Shown: positions 18,688 to 28,772, counted from the first letter of the stretch. The stretch: DNA of 64,000 bases from an uncultured Actinomycetes bacterium (GCA_963700665.1 CAVOYK010000011.1:122527-186526), one strand, 5' to 3'. The notes: generated from the sequence alone by a model not told the origin. A program made the numbers and translations.

Positions 18688-20034
18688 GTGGATTCTCTGG
18701 TGATCTGGCTGCAAGCGCTTGTGGTGCTCGGCGCAATCGTCATGGGCGTGCGGATGGGGGGCATGGGCCTCGGCATCTGGGGCGCCGTTGGCGTCTTCGT
18801 TCTGGTGTTCGTATTCAACCTGGCTCCGGGCGCGTTGCCCGGTTCCGCGATGCTCATCATCCTTGCTGTGATCACCGCCGCAAGCGCCATGCAGGCGGCG
18901 GGCGGTATTGACTGGCTGGTGCAGATCGCGGCCAAGATAATCCGGAAGCGGCCCAAGTCCATCACGCTCATCGCGCCGCTCGTGAGCTACGCGTTTACAG
19001 TGGGAGCCGGAACGAGCAACATCTTCTTCCCGCTGATTCCCGTTATCTACGAGGTCTCCTACGACAACGGTATCCGCCCGGAGCGGCCGCTCGGCCTCTC
19101 GGTGATCGCGACCGGCCTGGGTATCACCTCCTCACCCGTCTCGGCCGCGATGGCCGCGATGATTGCGCTCGTTGCAGTCGAAGGTGCCGAGCTGAACCAA
19201 ATCCTGCTCATAACCATCCCTTCATCGATCATCGCGATCGTTGTGGCTGCGTTTGTGTCGATGAGGCTTGGCAAGGAACTCAAGGACGACCCCATCTATC
19301 AGCAGCGGCTCGCCGAGGGTACGGTGCCGCCGCCGAACACAAGTGCATCTGAGACGGCGCAGGCAGAGCTTCCCCCCGGGGCTGCCCGGTCGGCATACAT
19401 CTTCCTTGCCGGTGTGATCTTCGTCATCCTGCTCGGTGCGTTCTCGGGACTCAAGCCTATGTTGCCAAGTGGTGAGGGTGGAGCACTTGTCCCGCTGGAC
19501 ATGACGACAGCAATCCAGTTGACGATGTTCGTGGTCGCGCTCCTGATTCTGCTGTTCTGCAATACGAAGGTCTCGGAGATCTACAATCAGCCGACTTTCC
19601 AGGCGGGCCTGACTGCCGTCATCGCCCTTTTCGGAATCGCATGGCTCGCGAATACGTTCATCGAGGCGCACCTCGAAGCCATCGTGGCGGTTCTGGGGGA
19701 TGCCGTCGCAGCCGTACCACTGGCTTTCGCGCTCGCGATCTTCATTGTTGCGGCACTCACGACAAGCCAGTCAGCCACCACGAACACGGTGGTACCGATA
19801 GGGCTCGCCCTTGGAACCCTCGGGGTGGGACCCATCATCGCGATGTGGCAGGCGCTCGCGGGCGTCTACTTCCTGCCCGCGAACGGCAATCAGCTCGCGT
19901 GTGTCGCGCAGGACCTAACGGGCTCGACGAAGATCGGCAAGTACGTTGTCAACCACTCGTTCATGGTTCCGTTGCTTGTGTGCACAGCCGTATCGGTGCT
20001 CGCCGGCCTGGCTATTCAGGCCGTTGTCTTCTAG
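18688..20034 (+). CDS. dcuA: Anaerobic C4-dicarboxylate transporter, DcuA/DcuB family
   Basis: Intact 448-aa ORF with a GTG start after GGAAGGGG. It is collinear with my recollection of E. coli DcuA: GGMGLGIWGAVGV..., ILAVITAASAMQAAGGIDWLV, RKRPKSITLIAPLVSYAFTVGAGTSNI, and RPERPLGLSVIATGLGITSSPVSAA. Confidence 0.8.
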   Translation: MDSLVIWLQALVVLGAIVMGVRMGGMGLGIWGAVGVFVLVFVFNLAPGALPGSAMLIILAVITAASAMQAAGGIDWLVQIAAKIIRKRPKSITLIAPLVSYAFTVGAGTSNIFFPLIPVIYEVSYDNGIRPERPLGLSVIATGLGITSSPVSAAMAAMIALVAVEGAELNQILLITIPSSIIAIVVAAFVSMRLGKELKDDPIYQQRLAEGTVPPPNTSASETAQAELPPGAARSAYIFLAGVIFVILLGAFSGLKPMLPSGEGGALVPLDMTTAIQLTMFVVALLILLFCNTKVSEIYNQPTFQAGLTAVIALFGIAWLANTFIEAHLEAIVAVLGDAVAAVPLAFALAIFIVAALTTSQSATTNTVVPIGLALGTLGVGPIIAMWQALAGVYFLPANGNQLACVAQDLTGSTKIGKYVVNHSFMVPLLVCTAVSVLAGLAIQAVVF

Positions 20035-20061
20035 GCAGATCGTTTCTCGGAAGGGGTCCTG

Positions 20062-21405
20062 ATGGAGCTTGAAGGGATTCAGACAAAGGTCACAGCCATG
20101 ATGCCGGAGATCATGGACGAGCTCGGCGTGCTCGTCAGCCACGCGTCGTGCGCGTTTCCCGGGTTCCCGGCCGAGCCGGTCGATGCGGCGCGAGCGCAGG
20201 TTATCAACATGCTTGCGAATGCAGGATTCGAGGCGGGCGAACTCGACCTTGAGGGCGGCGGATATCCCGCTGTGTGGGGAGAGATCCCCGCGCCCGAAGG
20301 CGCACCTACCGTTCTGCTCTACGGTCACTACGATGTCCAGCCGGCCCCGATGGAGCAAGGCTGGACGAGCGACCCCTTTGTGCCCGAGTGGCGTGACGGA
20401 CGGCTGTACGGTCGCGGCGCGGCCGACGACAAGAGCGGGGTCGCCATCCATGCAGGCACCCTACGCGTCTTTGAGGGGCGCCCGCCTGTGGGCGTCAAGG
20501 TCATCATCGAAGGCGAGGAGGAGACGCTCTCGAAGCTCGAGGCGTATGTCGAGAAGCATCCAGATCGCTTCAAGGCCGATGTGATGATCATCGCCGACAT
20601 GGGCAACATCACGTGCGGCGACCCGGTTCTGACGACGATGCTGCGCGGTCATGTTCAGTGCATCGTGGAAGTCCAGACCGTTGACCACCCACTCCATTCC
20701 GGTGTCTTTGGCGGGCCGGCGCCGGATGCTTTCGTTGCGCTCATCCGTCTGCTGAATTCCCTGTGGGACGAGCGGGGCAACACGGTCGTCCCTGGCCTTC
20801 ATAAGTTCGACTGGCCCGGTGCGGAGTATCCGGAACCGCTGTATCGCCAGATGGCCGGCATGCTCGACGGCGTCGAGATCGTCGGGGACGGCACCGTAGC
20901 CTCAAAGCTGTGGTCTAAGCCGAACGCGACTGTCATCGGGATCGATGGCCCGCCCTCGATTGCGGATGCCGGGAATGTGCTCATGCCGAAAGCGTCCGCC
21001 AAGGTGGCGCTACGTATTGCTCCGGGTGCCGACCCCGAAGCCGAGATCGCTGCTCTGATGGAATACCTCAAGGCGAACGCGCCTTGGGGAGTGAAGGTCG
21101 AGGTGACCCGAGTCAAGGCATCGGATGCTTTTCTCGCGCCAAAGGGCGGGCCGGCGATGGATGCCGCCGCTGAGGCACTCTCTGCGGCATATGGAAAGGA
21201 AACGTCGGAAGTCGGAAGCGGTGGGTCGATACCGCTGCTTGAAACGCTCGCGAAGGCGTCTCCGGGTGCCGAATTCATCCTGCTCGGCGCCGAAGATGCG
21301 CCCGCGAACATACACGGGGCGAACGAGAGCGTACATCCGGACGAGATCGAGCGGATGATAGTCGCGCAGGCGCTTCTGATCGACCGACTCGCCAAGACGC
21401 GGTAG
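20062..21405 (+). CDS. M20-family dipeptidase / metallohydrolase
   Basis: Intact 447-aa ORF with LLYGHYDVQPA, GRGAADDKSG and IIEGEEETLS metal/catalytic blocks. It starts 27 nt after dcuA. Confidence 0.8.
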   Translation: MELEGIQTKVTAMMPEIMDELGVLVSHASCAFPGFPAEPVDAARAQVINMLANAGFEAGELDLEGGGYPAVWGEIPAPEGAPTVLLYGHYDVQPAPMEQGWTSDPFVPEWRDGRLYGRGAADDKSGVAIHAGTLRVFEGRPPVGVKVIIEGEEETLSKLEAYVEKHPDRFKADVMIIADMGNITCGDPVLTTMLRGHVQCIVEVQTVDHPLHSGVFGGPAPDAFVALIRLLNSLWDERGNTVVPGLHKFDWPGAEYPEPLYRQMAGMLDGVEIVGDGTVASKLWSKPNATVIGIDGPPSIADAGNVLMPKASAKVALRIAPGADPEAEIAALMEYLKANAPWGVKVEVTRVKASDAFLAPKGGPAMDAAAEALSAAYGKETSEVGSGGSIPLLETLAKASPGAEFILLGAEDAPANIHGANESVHPDEIERMIVAQALLIDRLAKTR

Positions 21406-21750
21406 CCGGATTTCACGAACCGGACGCACTTTGAGCTCAAGGAGCTCTGGGTCTATTTCGGAATCGGATGCAGTGGCCCGATAGGGTCCCGAAGCATCCA
21501 GACCGATTAGATGGGGAGAGAACGGACTCACACATGCACTGGTCTGTTGCATAGGTCCCAGTTCGTCCGCTACTAGCTGGTGAAACGTGGTCCCGGTGCT
21601 CCTGAGAAGGAGGCCGGGACCACATGCACTTGGCGTGGACCGTAACTGCTTTCGGAGTCTTGGGGGTGAAACGCGATTCACCCTGGTTAGGACAGCCGCG
21701 GTAGCCACCCGGACTCGTCGGGAATAGGTCATGAATAGGCCGAAGCCCGA

Positions 21751-22131
21751 ATGGGGGGCGACGCGGGCCAACAGGACGAAGACCTGATGACGAGCAAGGG
21801 GCCGCCGATGCCAGACGAGCAAGTCATGTTCGGTCCGGTGACTGCGCCGCCAGTACCGCCTTCGGCAGTGGTGGAGCGACCCGGACTACTGGATCGGCTG
21901 GCCACGGCGCTACGTGGCGGAGTGGCACTTGTGATCGCCCCCTCGGGTCACGGCAAGACCACGTTGTTGAGCTCGTGGGTCGCGAGCCTGCGACAGACAT
22001 CCGATGTCGCTTGGCTTTCGCTACGGTCGGAGCACTGCGACCCGTCGGTGTTCGCCGGGCACCTAGCGCTGACGCTCGGCCCGCTGCTGCCGAGGCCCCG
22101 CGACCACAAGGACAGACATGACGCCAGGTAG
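21751..22131 (+). pseudogene. N-terminal fragment of a MalT/LuxR-type (LAL, STAND NTPase) regulator
   Basis: VERPGLLDRLATALRGGVALVIAPSGHGKTTLLSSWVASL...DVAWLSLRSEHCDP shows a P-loop and the W-L-S-L-D block of LAL N-termini. The ORF ends after 126 codons, whereas family members are several hundred aa longer. Its end overlaps the next gene. Confidence 0.55.
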
Positions 22132-23452
22132 CGCTTCATCGGCTGTGTCCCCGCAAGACGCGGCTGTTTCCTCTGACGACGTCCTGGCGATCAACTTCGT
22201 CGCTGATGCCGGGAAGGTGATGCTCGAATCCAGCTCGTCGGTCAGTGAGGTCGTCGAGAGGATTCGGGAACTCCTGCCCCATGTCGGCCTTGCTGGCTGT
22301 TCGATCGACGCCAACATGAGCTCGCTGATACTGAGCTACTGGCATCCCGGACAGCCGATCCCGCTCACGACGATGCGGGACCTGTTGGTTGCTCGCCCCA
22401 GCCTGGGTCGATTCACCGCCACCGATGCACTGCTCGACAAGGTCGAGAGCGGCGCCATGGCGATCCCCGATGCCAGCGCCCAACTAAGGCAGCTCACGGA
22501 GGCCGAGGAACCGAATCCGCGCCGCAGGGAGGCCGCGATGCTCGTTTCGGTGGCCGGTTGGGTGATGTTCTTGAACGGGTTCGATGCCATCACCGTGCTG
22601 GTCGCCCTCGTGGCCACACTACTGACCTTCCCCGTAGGGCGGCTGGTTCGCAAGCTGGGACTGCCGGATCTGTTCGAGGTGGTGTTGGTTGCGTTGATCG
22701 TCGCCGCGGTTCCGAATCTGCTCGCAGCGTGGGGTGCTCCCGTACTCGTCGGACCGGCGGTCGTGGGCGCGCTGTTCATCTATCTGCCCGGTCGCTCCTT
22801 CGTCTCGGCGGTCATCGATGGACTCGCCAACGCACCGCTGTCCTCGATATCGCGCGGTCTGCAGGCCGTTGTAACAGCGGGCGCGCTGGCAGTCGGGATG
22901 TTGCTCGGCTCGAAGGTTGGGCTTGGGCTCGGGCTGTCCTACGAACCGAACGTTGACGCTACGCCGCTTTTGATATCGATCGCGGGTGCGACTCTGGGCG
23001 TGGCTGGTATTGCAGCCGCGTGGAGCATGCAGCGGCGCCAGTTGCTCCCGACGATCCTCATCGGTGCCGTCGGCTGGTTCGTGGTGGCGCTCGCTCCTGC
23101 TGGTTCGGGCGCGGCTTGGGCGTTGTATGGGGCTGCTGCGGTCGTGGTGGGATTCGCGTCGGGCTTCGCGGCATGGCGACAGGGCGCAACGGCAAGCCTC
23201 TACTCGGGTGTGGCCATCCTCCCCCTCGTTCCCGGCTTCCAGCTCTATGCGGGCATGCTGGCGCTGGCGCAGGGCCGCACCGCTGAGGCGTTGAGTTCAC
23301 TGGGTACGGCGGCGCTCATCTCCTTGGCGATCGCCGTGGGTGTCGCCCTCGGTCTCGCCGTCAGCCGCAACGTGTTCGCCGCGTACAGGACTATCGGTGC
23401 CCGTCTGCCGGTCAAGACAAAGCGGCCGGCAGGCGTAGGGAGAAGACCATGA
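22118..23452 (+). CDS. ThrE-family (threonine/serine exporter-like) membrane protein
   Basis: Intact 444-aa ORF. The N-terminal cytoplasmic region AINFVADAGKVMLESSSSVSEVVERIRELL...SIDANMSSLILSY is followed by ~10 TM helices, as in DUF1212+DUF3815 ThrE-type proteins. Confidence 0.65.
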   Translation: MTPGSASSAVSPQDAAVSSDDVLAINFVADAGKVMLESSSSVSEVVERIRELLPHVGLAGCSIDANMSSLILSYWHPGQPIPLTTMRDLLVARPSLGRFTATDALLDKVESGAMAIPDASAQLRQLTEAEEPNPRRREAAMLVSVAGWVMFLNGFDAITVLVALVATLLTFPVGRLVRKLGLPDLFEVVLVALIVAAVPNLLAAWGAPVLVGPAVVGALFIYLPGRSFVSAVIDGLANAPLSSISRGLQAVVTAGALAVGMLLGSKVGLGLGLSYEPNVDATPLLISIAGATLGVAGIAAAWSMQRRQLLPTILIGAVGWFVVALAPAGSGAAWALYGAAAVVVGFASGFAAWRQGATASLYSGVAILPLVPGFQLYAGMLALAQGRTAEALSSLGTAALISLAIAVGVALGLAVSRNVFAAYRTIGARLPVKTKRPAGVGRRP

Positions 23453-23494
23453 GCAACAGGGGCTTCGGATCGCTGCAGAACATAGGAGGCATGG

Positions 23495-24595
23495 ATGGGT
23501 GACGACGGCACGTCGAACGCCACTCGGTTCTGGCCCAATGGGGTCCCTCGATGGGTCCGCGCCGTGGGCATGTGGGGCTGGATGATCGCAGGCACGGCCG
23601 CTGGTATCTACGCCATCGGATACGTGTTCTCCAGGGCAGCGAGCGTCATGGTCCCGCTCATAGTGGCCGTGGTGATCGGAGTCGTGGCCTACCCGCTCGT
23701 TGTCACACTGCAGAAGTGGAAGATCCCGGCGTGGCTGGGATCAGTCATCGTCTTGTTGCTCTTGTTCGTGATCGTGATCGCGGTGGGATGGATCACGGTC
23801 GCGGGGGTCATCGGCCAGTGGCCCGAGATCACCGCCGGCATCCAAAGCGGCATCACATCACTGGAGCAATCGCTCGCTGCGTTGGGCGCAGGGAGTGGCA
23901 ACGCCCAGTCGATCATCGACAGCATCCAGATGGCGGTCCAAGGTGCTGCTACCTCAGCCACGTCAGGCATTCTCTCGGCGGTGGGATCAGGGATCACGGG
24001 AGTCGTCTCGCTGTTCTTCGGCCTGTTCATCGGCACATTCCTGCTCTACTACGTGCTGAGCGACCTGCCGACGATGGCGAGCTTCGTCGACTCGCATATG
24101 GGCCTTCCGAAGGAGCTTGGCCACGGCGTCGTCGAAGATGCGGCAGCGTCGCTTCGAGGCTACTTCAGGGGCACCACCATCACGGGACTGGCCGTTGCGA
24201 TCGTGATCGGTGTGGGCGTGGCGCTGATGGGGGTGCCGCTCGCGATACCGATAGCGCTCGTCACGTTCCTTACCTGCTACATCCCGTTCTTCGGGGCCAT
24301 CGTGTCCGGCGCGTTCGCATTCCTGATCGCGTTCGGAGACGGCGGATTCGGTGTGGCGGTCGCGGTGCTGGTCCTTGTGCTGGTCGCCCAGAACCTCTTC
24401 CAGACGGTGATCAACGCGAAGGCGATGGGGACCTCGCTGGATCTCCATCCGTTTGTCGTTCTGGTAGTGACGATGCTGGGTGGCATCTTCGCGGGTCTTC
24501 TGGGCGCGGCACTGGCAGCTCCGCTGCTCGCGATGGTTCTGCGAGCCAGTGACCGCGTTCGGCGATACAGCCCTGAGCAGGTGCACAGGAAGTGA
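23495..24595 (+). CDS. AI-2E (PerM/UPF0118) family transporter
   Basis: Intact 366-aa polytopic ORF. AGGAGG lies 4 nt before the ATG. Family-like C-terminal blocks are FLTCYIPFFGAIVSGAFAFLIAF and LHPFVVLVVTMLGGIFAGLLGAALAAPL. Confidence 0.75.
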   Translation: MGDDGTSNATRFWPNGVPRWVRAVGMWGWMIAGTAAGIYAIGYVFSRAASVMVPLIVAVVIGVVAYPLVVTLQKWKIPAWLGSVIVLLLLFVIVIAVGWITVAGVIGQWPEITAGIQSGITSLEQSLAALGAGSGNAQSIIDSIQMAVQGAATSATSGILSAVGSGITGVVSLFFGLFIGTFLLYYVLSDLPTMASFVDSHMGLPKELGHGVVEDAAASLRGYFRGTTITGLAVAIVIGVGVALMGVPLAIPIALVTFLTCYIPFFGAIVSGAFAFLIAFGDGGFGVAVAVLVLVLVAQNLFQTVINAKAMGTSLDLHPFVVLVVTMLGGIFAGLLGAALAAPLLAMVLRASDRVRRYSPEQVHRK

Positions 24596-24643
24596 GCTGC
24601 AGCTGCGAACAAGCGTGAGAGATTCACCGCCTCACTCCTGCTC

Positions 24644-26017
24644 GTGCGGGAACAAGGCCGATCATTGATGGGAGGGTCGGAGCTAGTGGAGAAAGAGAAC
24701 TCCGGGAGCGCCGCTTCGATGTCGGCGCCGGCCGCGTTGTTCATCGGGGTGGGCGCGATGGTTGGTGCGGGCATCTTCGCTCTTCTGGGTCAGGCCGGGG
24801 CAGTCGCAGGTAGCGCCACGTGGCTGTCGTTTCTACTGGCAGGGGTCATCTCGCTGCTCCTCGGCTACTCCTTCGTCAAGTTGGGCATCCGGTACCCATC
24901 CAGGGGCGGCCTTATCGAATTCCTAGCAGTGGAGTACGGATCCGGTCCACTCACAGGTGGGCTCTCCCTTCTGACGCTGCTCGCCGGGATCATCACTCTC
25001 GCGATGGCTGCGCTCACCTTCGGCAGCTACGGGGCGACGCTCATTTCCGGAAGTGACTATGGCCCCCTCCTGGCGAAGGGCCTCGCCATCGGGCTCGTAG
25101 CGATTCTCACGGGAGTCATCGCAGCAGGGAGCGGGGCCATGAACACGGTGCAATCGATCTCCGTGGTCGTTGTCGTCGCAATTCTCGGCGGACTTTCGCT
25201 CATAGGGCTGACCACTATGGATGTCTCAAACCTCGCCCCGGAGACATATCCCCCGCCCTCGACTCTCGTGGCAAGTCTCGGGCTGACCTTTTTCGCGTAC
25301 ACAGGGTTCCAAATCATCGCGAATTCAGTCGAGGATATGGCACAGCCGCGGCGCGATTTGCCGCTCGCCATGTACGGCTCCATCGTCGTGGCAATCATCG
25401 TGTATGCGCTGACTTCGATCATGGTCTTTGGCAACCTGGGTACAGATGAGGTGGTCAAGCAGGCGGATGTCGCCATCGCCGTCGCCGCCCGAGGGGTGAT
25501 CGGGCAGTGGGGCATCGTTCTCTCGGTGATCGCAGCTGCGTTCGCGACGGTATCGACGGTGCTGGCGAATCTCTACTTCGGGCTGAATACGTCCTACTCG
25601 TTGGCTATCGACGGGAGGCTTCCCTCACGGTATGCGCGGCGGGCATGGAAGGGGGCAACTCACGGCTTGGTACTCACGGCCTTGATCGCTGTCGGGATCG
25701 TCGCGTTCCTGGATGTGAACCAGATCGCCTCCGCGGGGAGCATCGTCTACATGGTCGTCTTCTTCATGATCAACGTGGGTCACATGCGCCTGCGCTCCGA
25801 GACCGGCGCGTCACTGAGCATTCTCGCGGTCGGAACGCTCATGCTTGCCGTTGCAGCCATCCCTTTCCTACTTTCCACATGGGAGAACGAACCCGTTGTC
25901 GTCTGGTTCACCGGGGGCTCACTCGTTCTCGCGGTCATGCTCGAAACGTATCTCTTTAGGGTGAGACACCGCCACGTTCCAGCTCCAGACGCTTCACACG
26001 ACCATGCTGAAGGCTGA
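24644..26017 (+). CDS. APC-superfamily amino acid permease
   Basis: Intact 457-aa ORF with about 12 TM helices and the N-terminal signature ALFIGVGAMVGAGIFALLGQAG. The start is uncertain (GTG 24644, ATG 24668 or ATG ~24719). Confidence 0.8.
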   Translation: MREQGRSLMGGSELVEKENSGSAASMSAPAALFIGVGAMVGAGIFALLGQAGAVAGSATWLSFLLAGVISLLLGYSFVKLGIRYPSRGGLIEFLAVEYGSGPLTGGLSLLTLLAGIITLAMAALTFGSYGATLISGSDYGPLLAKGLAIGLVAILTGVIAAGSGAMNTVQSISVVVVVAILGGLSLIGLTTMDVSNLAPETYPPPSTLVASLGLTFFAYTGFQIIANSVEDMAQPRRDLPLAMYGSIVVAIIVYALTSIMVFGNLGTDEVVKQADVAIAVAARGVIGQWGIVLSVIAAAFATVSTVLANLYFGLNTSYSLAIDGRLPSRYARRAWKGATHGLVLTALIAVGIVAFLDVNQIASAGSIVYMVVFFMINVGHMRLRSETGASLSILAVGTLMLAVAAIPFLLSTWENEPVVVWFTGGSLVLAVMLETYLFRVRHRHVPAPDASHDHAEG

Positions 26018-26107
26018 AATGGAGTCGCGACCCAAAGTGGCGACGAAATCTGTATATGAGGATTCGTCCGATCTGGACGGATTCCTGAGACGAGGAGGAC
26101 GAGCTAT

Positions 26108-27610
26108 ATGAGCACGTACGACGTCGCGATCATTGGCGGGCGGGTCATAGACCCGGAGACCGGATTGGACGACATCAGAAATGTCGGCATCGATGGCGGC
26201 AAGATCGGCATCGTCACCGAGGAGCCGATCGAGGGCGTCGAGACCATCGATGCTACTGGGCACGTCGTCTGCCCGGGCTTCATCGACATGCACTTCCACA
26301 ACACCGCCCACCCCTTCGGGCAGAGGTTGGCGCTCTACGACGGCGTGACGACTCCGATGGAACTCGAGTTGGGCGTCTACCCAGTGGAGGAATGGTATGG
26401 CGCTTTGGAGGGCAAGTCGCGGACGAACTATGGTGCCTCGGTCGGCTCTATCCCGATCAGGGAGAGGATCCTCAACCCGGACTTCAGGGAGCTATCAGAG
26501 GGCGATTTCTTGCTCGATGCGCTCGGCAGGGCAAAGGAGTCGCAGACGAGCATGAAGTGGTCAAAGGAGCATGTGACTGCCCAACAGTTGGAGAAGTTCG
26601 AGCGCATGCTGGAAGAAGGCATGCGGCAGAAGGCCATTGGTGTCGGTCACGCAGTGGGATACATGGTGGCCGGTTGCTCACAGCAGGAGTCCGTGGTCGT
26701 GCAGAAGGTGGCCGGCAAATACGGCGTGTCGTGCTTCGTCCATGCGAGGTTCTCCAGTCAGATGGCGCCAACGAGCGGGCTGCTGGCGTTCTTCGAGATG
26801 ATGGCTCCTCAAGAGGTGTTCGGTGGAGGGATCGTCTTCCAGCACATGTCGGCGCAGGCTCTACGCGATACGGTGACTGCTCTCGAACTGTTCGACAGAG
26901 CTCGAGAGAAGGGGATTCAGGTGATCGGCGAGATCTATCCGTATGACTACGGCGCGAGTATCGTGGGCGCCGATTACTTGGTGCCGGACAACTACGGACC
27001 CAATATGGGGCGGGAGTACAAGGACATCATCGAGACCTCCAACTTGACGCCTCTGACCGAGGAGCGATACGAGGAGCTCATGAAGACGAACCCCCTGACG
27101 TCGATCATGTTCTACAACGCCTCTGAAGAGGACGTCCTCGCCGGGCTTACACACCCAGCCTCAGTCGTCGGCAGCGACGCCTTCCCCTATACGGTGCGTG
27201 AGACAGGAGAGATTGCTCTCGATTGGGACGTTCCCGTCGACGCCGTCAATGGTCATCCGAGAGGCGCCGGGACGCACGCACGTGTTCTTGCCTGGACCCG
27301 GGAAGGAAAGCTCGACATCCCGCTCTCACTCGCTGTCTCAAAGATGACCTACTTGATCGCCAAGTATCTTGAGGACAACGGCGTGGCGCAGATGGCGCAG
27401 AAGGGTCGCATCCAGGTGGGCAAGGACGCCGACATCACGATCTTCGATCCGGCCACCGTCAAGGACGAGGCGACCATGAAGGACGGCGCACTCCCATCGA
27501 GCGGGATCCCGTACGTTCTCGTGAACGGAACCGTCATGGTGAGGAACTCCAAGGCGGTGGACAACGCGTTCCCTGGCAAGCCGGTTTGGGGACCTGGGTC
27601 CGTCGCCTGA
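26108..27610 (+). CDS. Metal-dependent amidohydrolase, D-aminoacylase (N-acyl-D-amino-acid deacylase)-like
   Basis: Intact 500-aa ORF. The N-terminus YDVAIIGGRVIDPETG...IDATGHVVCPGFIDMHFH carries the HxH metal motif after a beta-sandwich lead-in, as in D-aminoacylases. Confidence 0.7.
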   Translation: MSTYDVAIIGGRVIDPETGLDDIRNVGIDGGKIGIVTEEPIEGVETIDATGHVVCPGFIDMHFHNTAHPFGQRLALYDGVTTPMELELGVYPVEEWYGALEGKSRTNYGASVGSIPIRERILNPDFRELSEGDFLLDALGRAKESQTSMKWSKEHVTAQQLEKFERMLEEGMRQKAIGVGHAVGYMVAGCSQQESVVVQKVAGKYGVSCFVHARFSSQMAPTSGLLAFFEMMAPQEVFGGGIVFQHMSAQALRDTVTALELFDRAREKGIQVIGEIYPYDYGASIVGADYLVPDNYGPNMGREYKDIIETSNLTPLTEERYEELMKTNPLTSIMFYNASEEDVLAGLTHPASVVGSDAFPYTVRETGEIALDWDVPVDAVNGHPRGAGTHARVLAWTREGKLDIPLSLAVSKMTYLIAKYLEDNGVAQMAQKGRIQVGKDADITIFDPATVKDEATMKDGALPSSGIPYVLVNGTVMVRNSKAVDNAFPGKPVWGPGSVA

Positions 27611-27628
27611 CGTGGGCGGTATGCGCCG

Positions 27629-28672
27629 ATGAGTCGACAGCAAACCAAGATTCCAGTCACGCTCATCGCGGGTTTCCTCGGCGCGGGCAAGACGACCCTG
27701 CTCAACTACATCCTGAGTGAGAATCATGGCCTCCGCGCTGCGGTCCTCGTCAACGATTTCGGTGCCATCAACATCGATGCGAAACTCGTGATCGGCGTTG
27801 AGGGCGAGGCGGTCAGTTTGGCCAACGGATGCATATGCTGCAGCATTCGTGACGATCTTGTGGGCGCCTGTCTGCGACTGCTGGAGAGACCCGATCTGCC
27901 CGACCACATCCTCGTCGAGATGAGCGGAGTGTCGGACCCCGTCCCGGTGTTGAACACCTTCACGGAGACACGGCTTGCGGACGCATTCGCCATCAACAGC
28001 ATCCTGACGGTAGTTGATGCAGATCAGCTGGCCAGACTGGAGGGGAAGGCGGCGCGGCAGGCACGGACTCAGCTCGAGGCAGCCGACATCGTCGTGCTCA
28101 ACAAGATGGACCTCGTGGACCGGGAGCGGCTCGATTCTGTCATGGAGCTCGTGCGCCTGGCGGCACCGGGATCGCGAATCATCGGAGTCGTTGGATGCCG
28201 GGTTCCGTTGGAGTTGGTTTTCGCCGAAGGTGATGTGGTGGCGCATGGGGCACAGTGGGAGGAGCGTCGGTCTACGGAGGACCCATCTCATGACCATCCG
28301 TTCGCCACATGGAGTTGGACGAGCGACCGCCCGCTTTCTCTGATACAGCTGCGATACGTGTTGGGGCAACTGCCCGAGACTGTCTACCGCTGCAAGGGTG
28401 TTGTGCAGCTTGAGGAGATGCCCGTAGCGCGCTATGTCCTGCAGATGGTGGGCAAACGTCACCGCTTGGAGGAATCCGGTTCCTGGGGCGATAAGCATCC
28501 CCAGTCCGAGATCGTCTTGATCGGCGTTCGGGGCGGCTTCGATCCCCAGGAGCTGCAGGACGCCTTCGACGGATGTGTCGGGACGGGAGATGATTCTCGT
28601 TCGCCGGTATTGCGGCTGGTCCGAAAGCTCGCTCCTGAACTGCTCGCGAACAACGTGGCGCGCGATAGCTGA
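27629..28672 (+). CDS. COG0523-family G3E GTPase (CobW/zinc metallochaperone-like)
   Basis: Intact 347-aa ORF with P-loop LIAGFLGAGKTTLLNYIL, metal-binding GCICCS, LNKMDL, and a C-terminal CobW_C-like domain. It starts 18 nt after the amidohydrolase stop. Confidence 0.85.
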   Translation: MSRQQTKIPVTLIAGFLGAGKTTLLNYILSENHGLRAAVLVNDFGAINIDAKLVIGVEGEAVSLANGCICCSIRDDLVGACLRLLERPDLPDHILVEMSGVSDPVPVLNTFTETRLADAFAINSILTVVDADQLARLEGKAARQARTQLEAADIVVLNKMDLVDRERLDSVMELVRLAAPGSRIIGVVGCRVPLELVFAEGDVVAHGAQWEERRSTEDPSHDHPFATWSWTSDRPLSLIQLRYVLGQLPETVYRCKGVVQLEEMPVARYVLQMVGKRHRLEESGSWGDKHPQSEIVLIGVRGGFDPQELQDAFDGCVGTGDDSRSPVLRLVRKLAPELLANNVARDS

Positions 28673-28680
28673 GTCGATTG

Positions 28681-28772
28681 GGAAACAGCCTCCTGTACAC
28701 GTGGCAGGGCAAGGATGCCTCTCTTGCCCCGGTGGTGCTGATGGGCCACCAAGACGTGGTACCAGTGCCGCG
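28681..28772 (+). pseudogene. Short internal fragment of an M20-family peptidase gene (gene scar)
   Basis: GNSLLYTWQGKDASLAPVVLMGHQDVVPVP matches the conserved block around the first metal-binding His of M20 carboxypeptidases. Nothing family-like is present before or after it. Confidence 0.4.

Noticed and set aside
21664-21681. The palindrome GGTGAAACGCGATTCACC considered as a Rex operator, given the Rex-like gene in the window.
   Set aside because: The half-sites are GGTGAA/TTCACC rather than TGTGAA/TTCACA. The spacing (6 nt) differs from the actinobacterial Rex site I recall (TGTGAACGCGTTCACA). It is kept only as part of the scar-region description.
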